Shown here one piece after another: positions 63,297 to 64,000 of a stretch of DNA of 64,000 nt (its first letter is position 1; each line of letters starts with the position of its first letter). A program made the position numbers and the translations under genes. Under the pieces are notes generated by a model that was not told the DNA's origin, made no database searches, and saw only the letters and a list, made by a program, of their open reading frames with translations. Origin of the DNA: Opitutales bacterium (GTDB lineage Bacteria > Verrucomicrobiota > Verrucomicrobiia > Opitutales > UBA2987); contig CBDDEL010000015.1 in the NCBI GenBank assembly GCA_965226885.1, positions 32,001 through 96,000 on the forward strand, written 5' to 3'.

Positions 63297-63456
63297 CCTT
63301 GTCCAGGCGGCTTGGGCAGTCGTTTTCATTTTCAGTTTATACATCATTCAGGGAAATTCTTTTCCAGTGGAAGCTGCGGGAAGCTGCGCCCACGCCCTCT
63401 TGTTGTTCGGTTGCGGTTTCATCTTTTTTTGGCCTTTGGCCCTATGCTAACTTATT

Positions 63457-63927
63457 ATGAGCGGTCCAGGCAAAACGGCGGATCGGTACAAGGAGATTCG
63501 CAACCGGAAAGCCCGCCACAAATATTTTGTCGGGCAGGCCTATGAGGCTGGGATCATTCTCACCGGAACGGAAGTAAAGTCGATTCGAGCCGGCAAGGCG
63601 CAAATCAATGATGCCTTCGCGCGGGTTGAAAAGGGCAAGGTGACTCTTTACCACTCCCACATCGCCGAGTACAGCTTCGGCAACACCAGCAACCACCACC
63701 CCTATCGGCCCCGCCAGCTTCTTTTGCACAAAAAGGAAATTCGGCAGATCGAGATGGCCATGCAAAGCGGCGGCAAGGCCTTGATCCCCACCCGCATGTA
63801 TTTCAAAAAAGCCCTCATCAAAATTGAGATAGCCCTCTGCACCGGCAAAAAAATGCACGACAAGCGGGAGGACCTGAAAAAAAGAGAAGCCCTTATGGAC
63901 GTACGCCGGGCCATGAAAGGGGAATGA
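63457..63927 (+). CDS. smpB: SsrA-binding protein
   Basis: NRKARHKY, EAGIILTGTEVKSIR, LLLHKKEI, GKKMHDKRE. Confidence 0.97.
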   Translation: MSGPGKTADRYKEIRNRKARHKYFVGQAYEAGIILTGTEVKSIRAGKAQINDAFARVEKGKVTLYHSHIAEYSFGNTSNHHPYRPRQLLLHKKEIRQIEMAMQSGGKALIPTRMYFKKALIKIEIALCTGKKMHDKREDLKKREALMDVRRAMKGE

Positions 63928-64000
63928 TGCCATGGGGGAAAAGCCAGAAGTCAGCAGGTAGGAGACAGAATGTTGATTGCTGACACCTGACACCCGACAC

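Noticed and set aside
1..64000. CRISPR array, tRNA, rRNA, tmRNA, phage or defence genes
   Set aside because: No repeat-spacer array, RNA gene signature or recognisable phage/defence protein was seen by eye. A covariance-model scan was not possible.

Overview
Bacterial chromosomal segment, most likely Verrucomicrobiota/Opitutia, inferred from a PVC-superphylum signature small basic protein and a DUF5069-like protein. The housekeeping backbone includes ribBA (partial), glgP, mutL, ftsK, grpE-dnaJ, a deoB-pdp-punA-NCS2 nucleoside operon, serS-tilS-ftsH, rpoZ and smpB. Ten insertion sequences are present (4 IS1380, 2 IS630, 2 IS1, 1 IS3, 1 IS21; about 14 kb or 22% of the window), two of them nested, all with readable target-site duplications. 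Pseudogenes include yceH, a TPP enzyme with a nonsense codon, and a secreted PA14/alpha-beta-hydrolase gene hit by three different ISs that can be rebuilt into a 502-aa ORF. The best candidate for an undescribed system is a three-gene operon: LolA-like protein, MMPL transporter fused to a cyclic-nucleotide-binding domain, and a multidomain Stf0-type sulfotransferase. Also notable are a signal-peptide-bearing MTAP-like phosphorylase with an altered active-site motif and a secreted beta-lactamase-fold protein with all three catalytic motifs degenerate. All family calls are by-eye motif recognition, not database searches.
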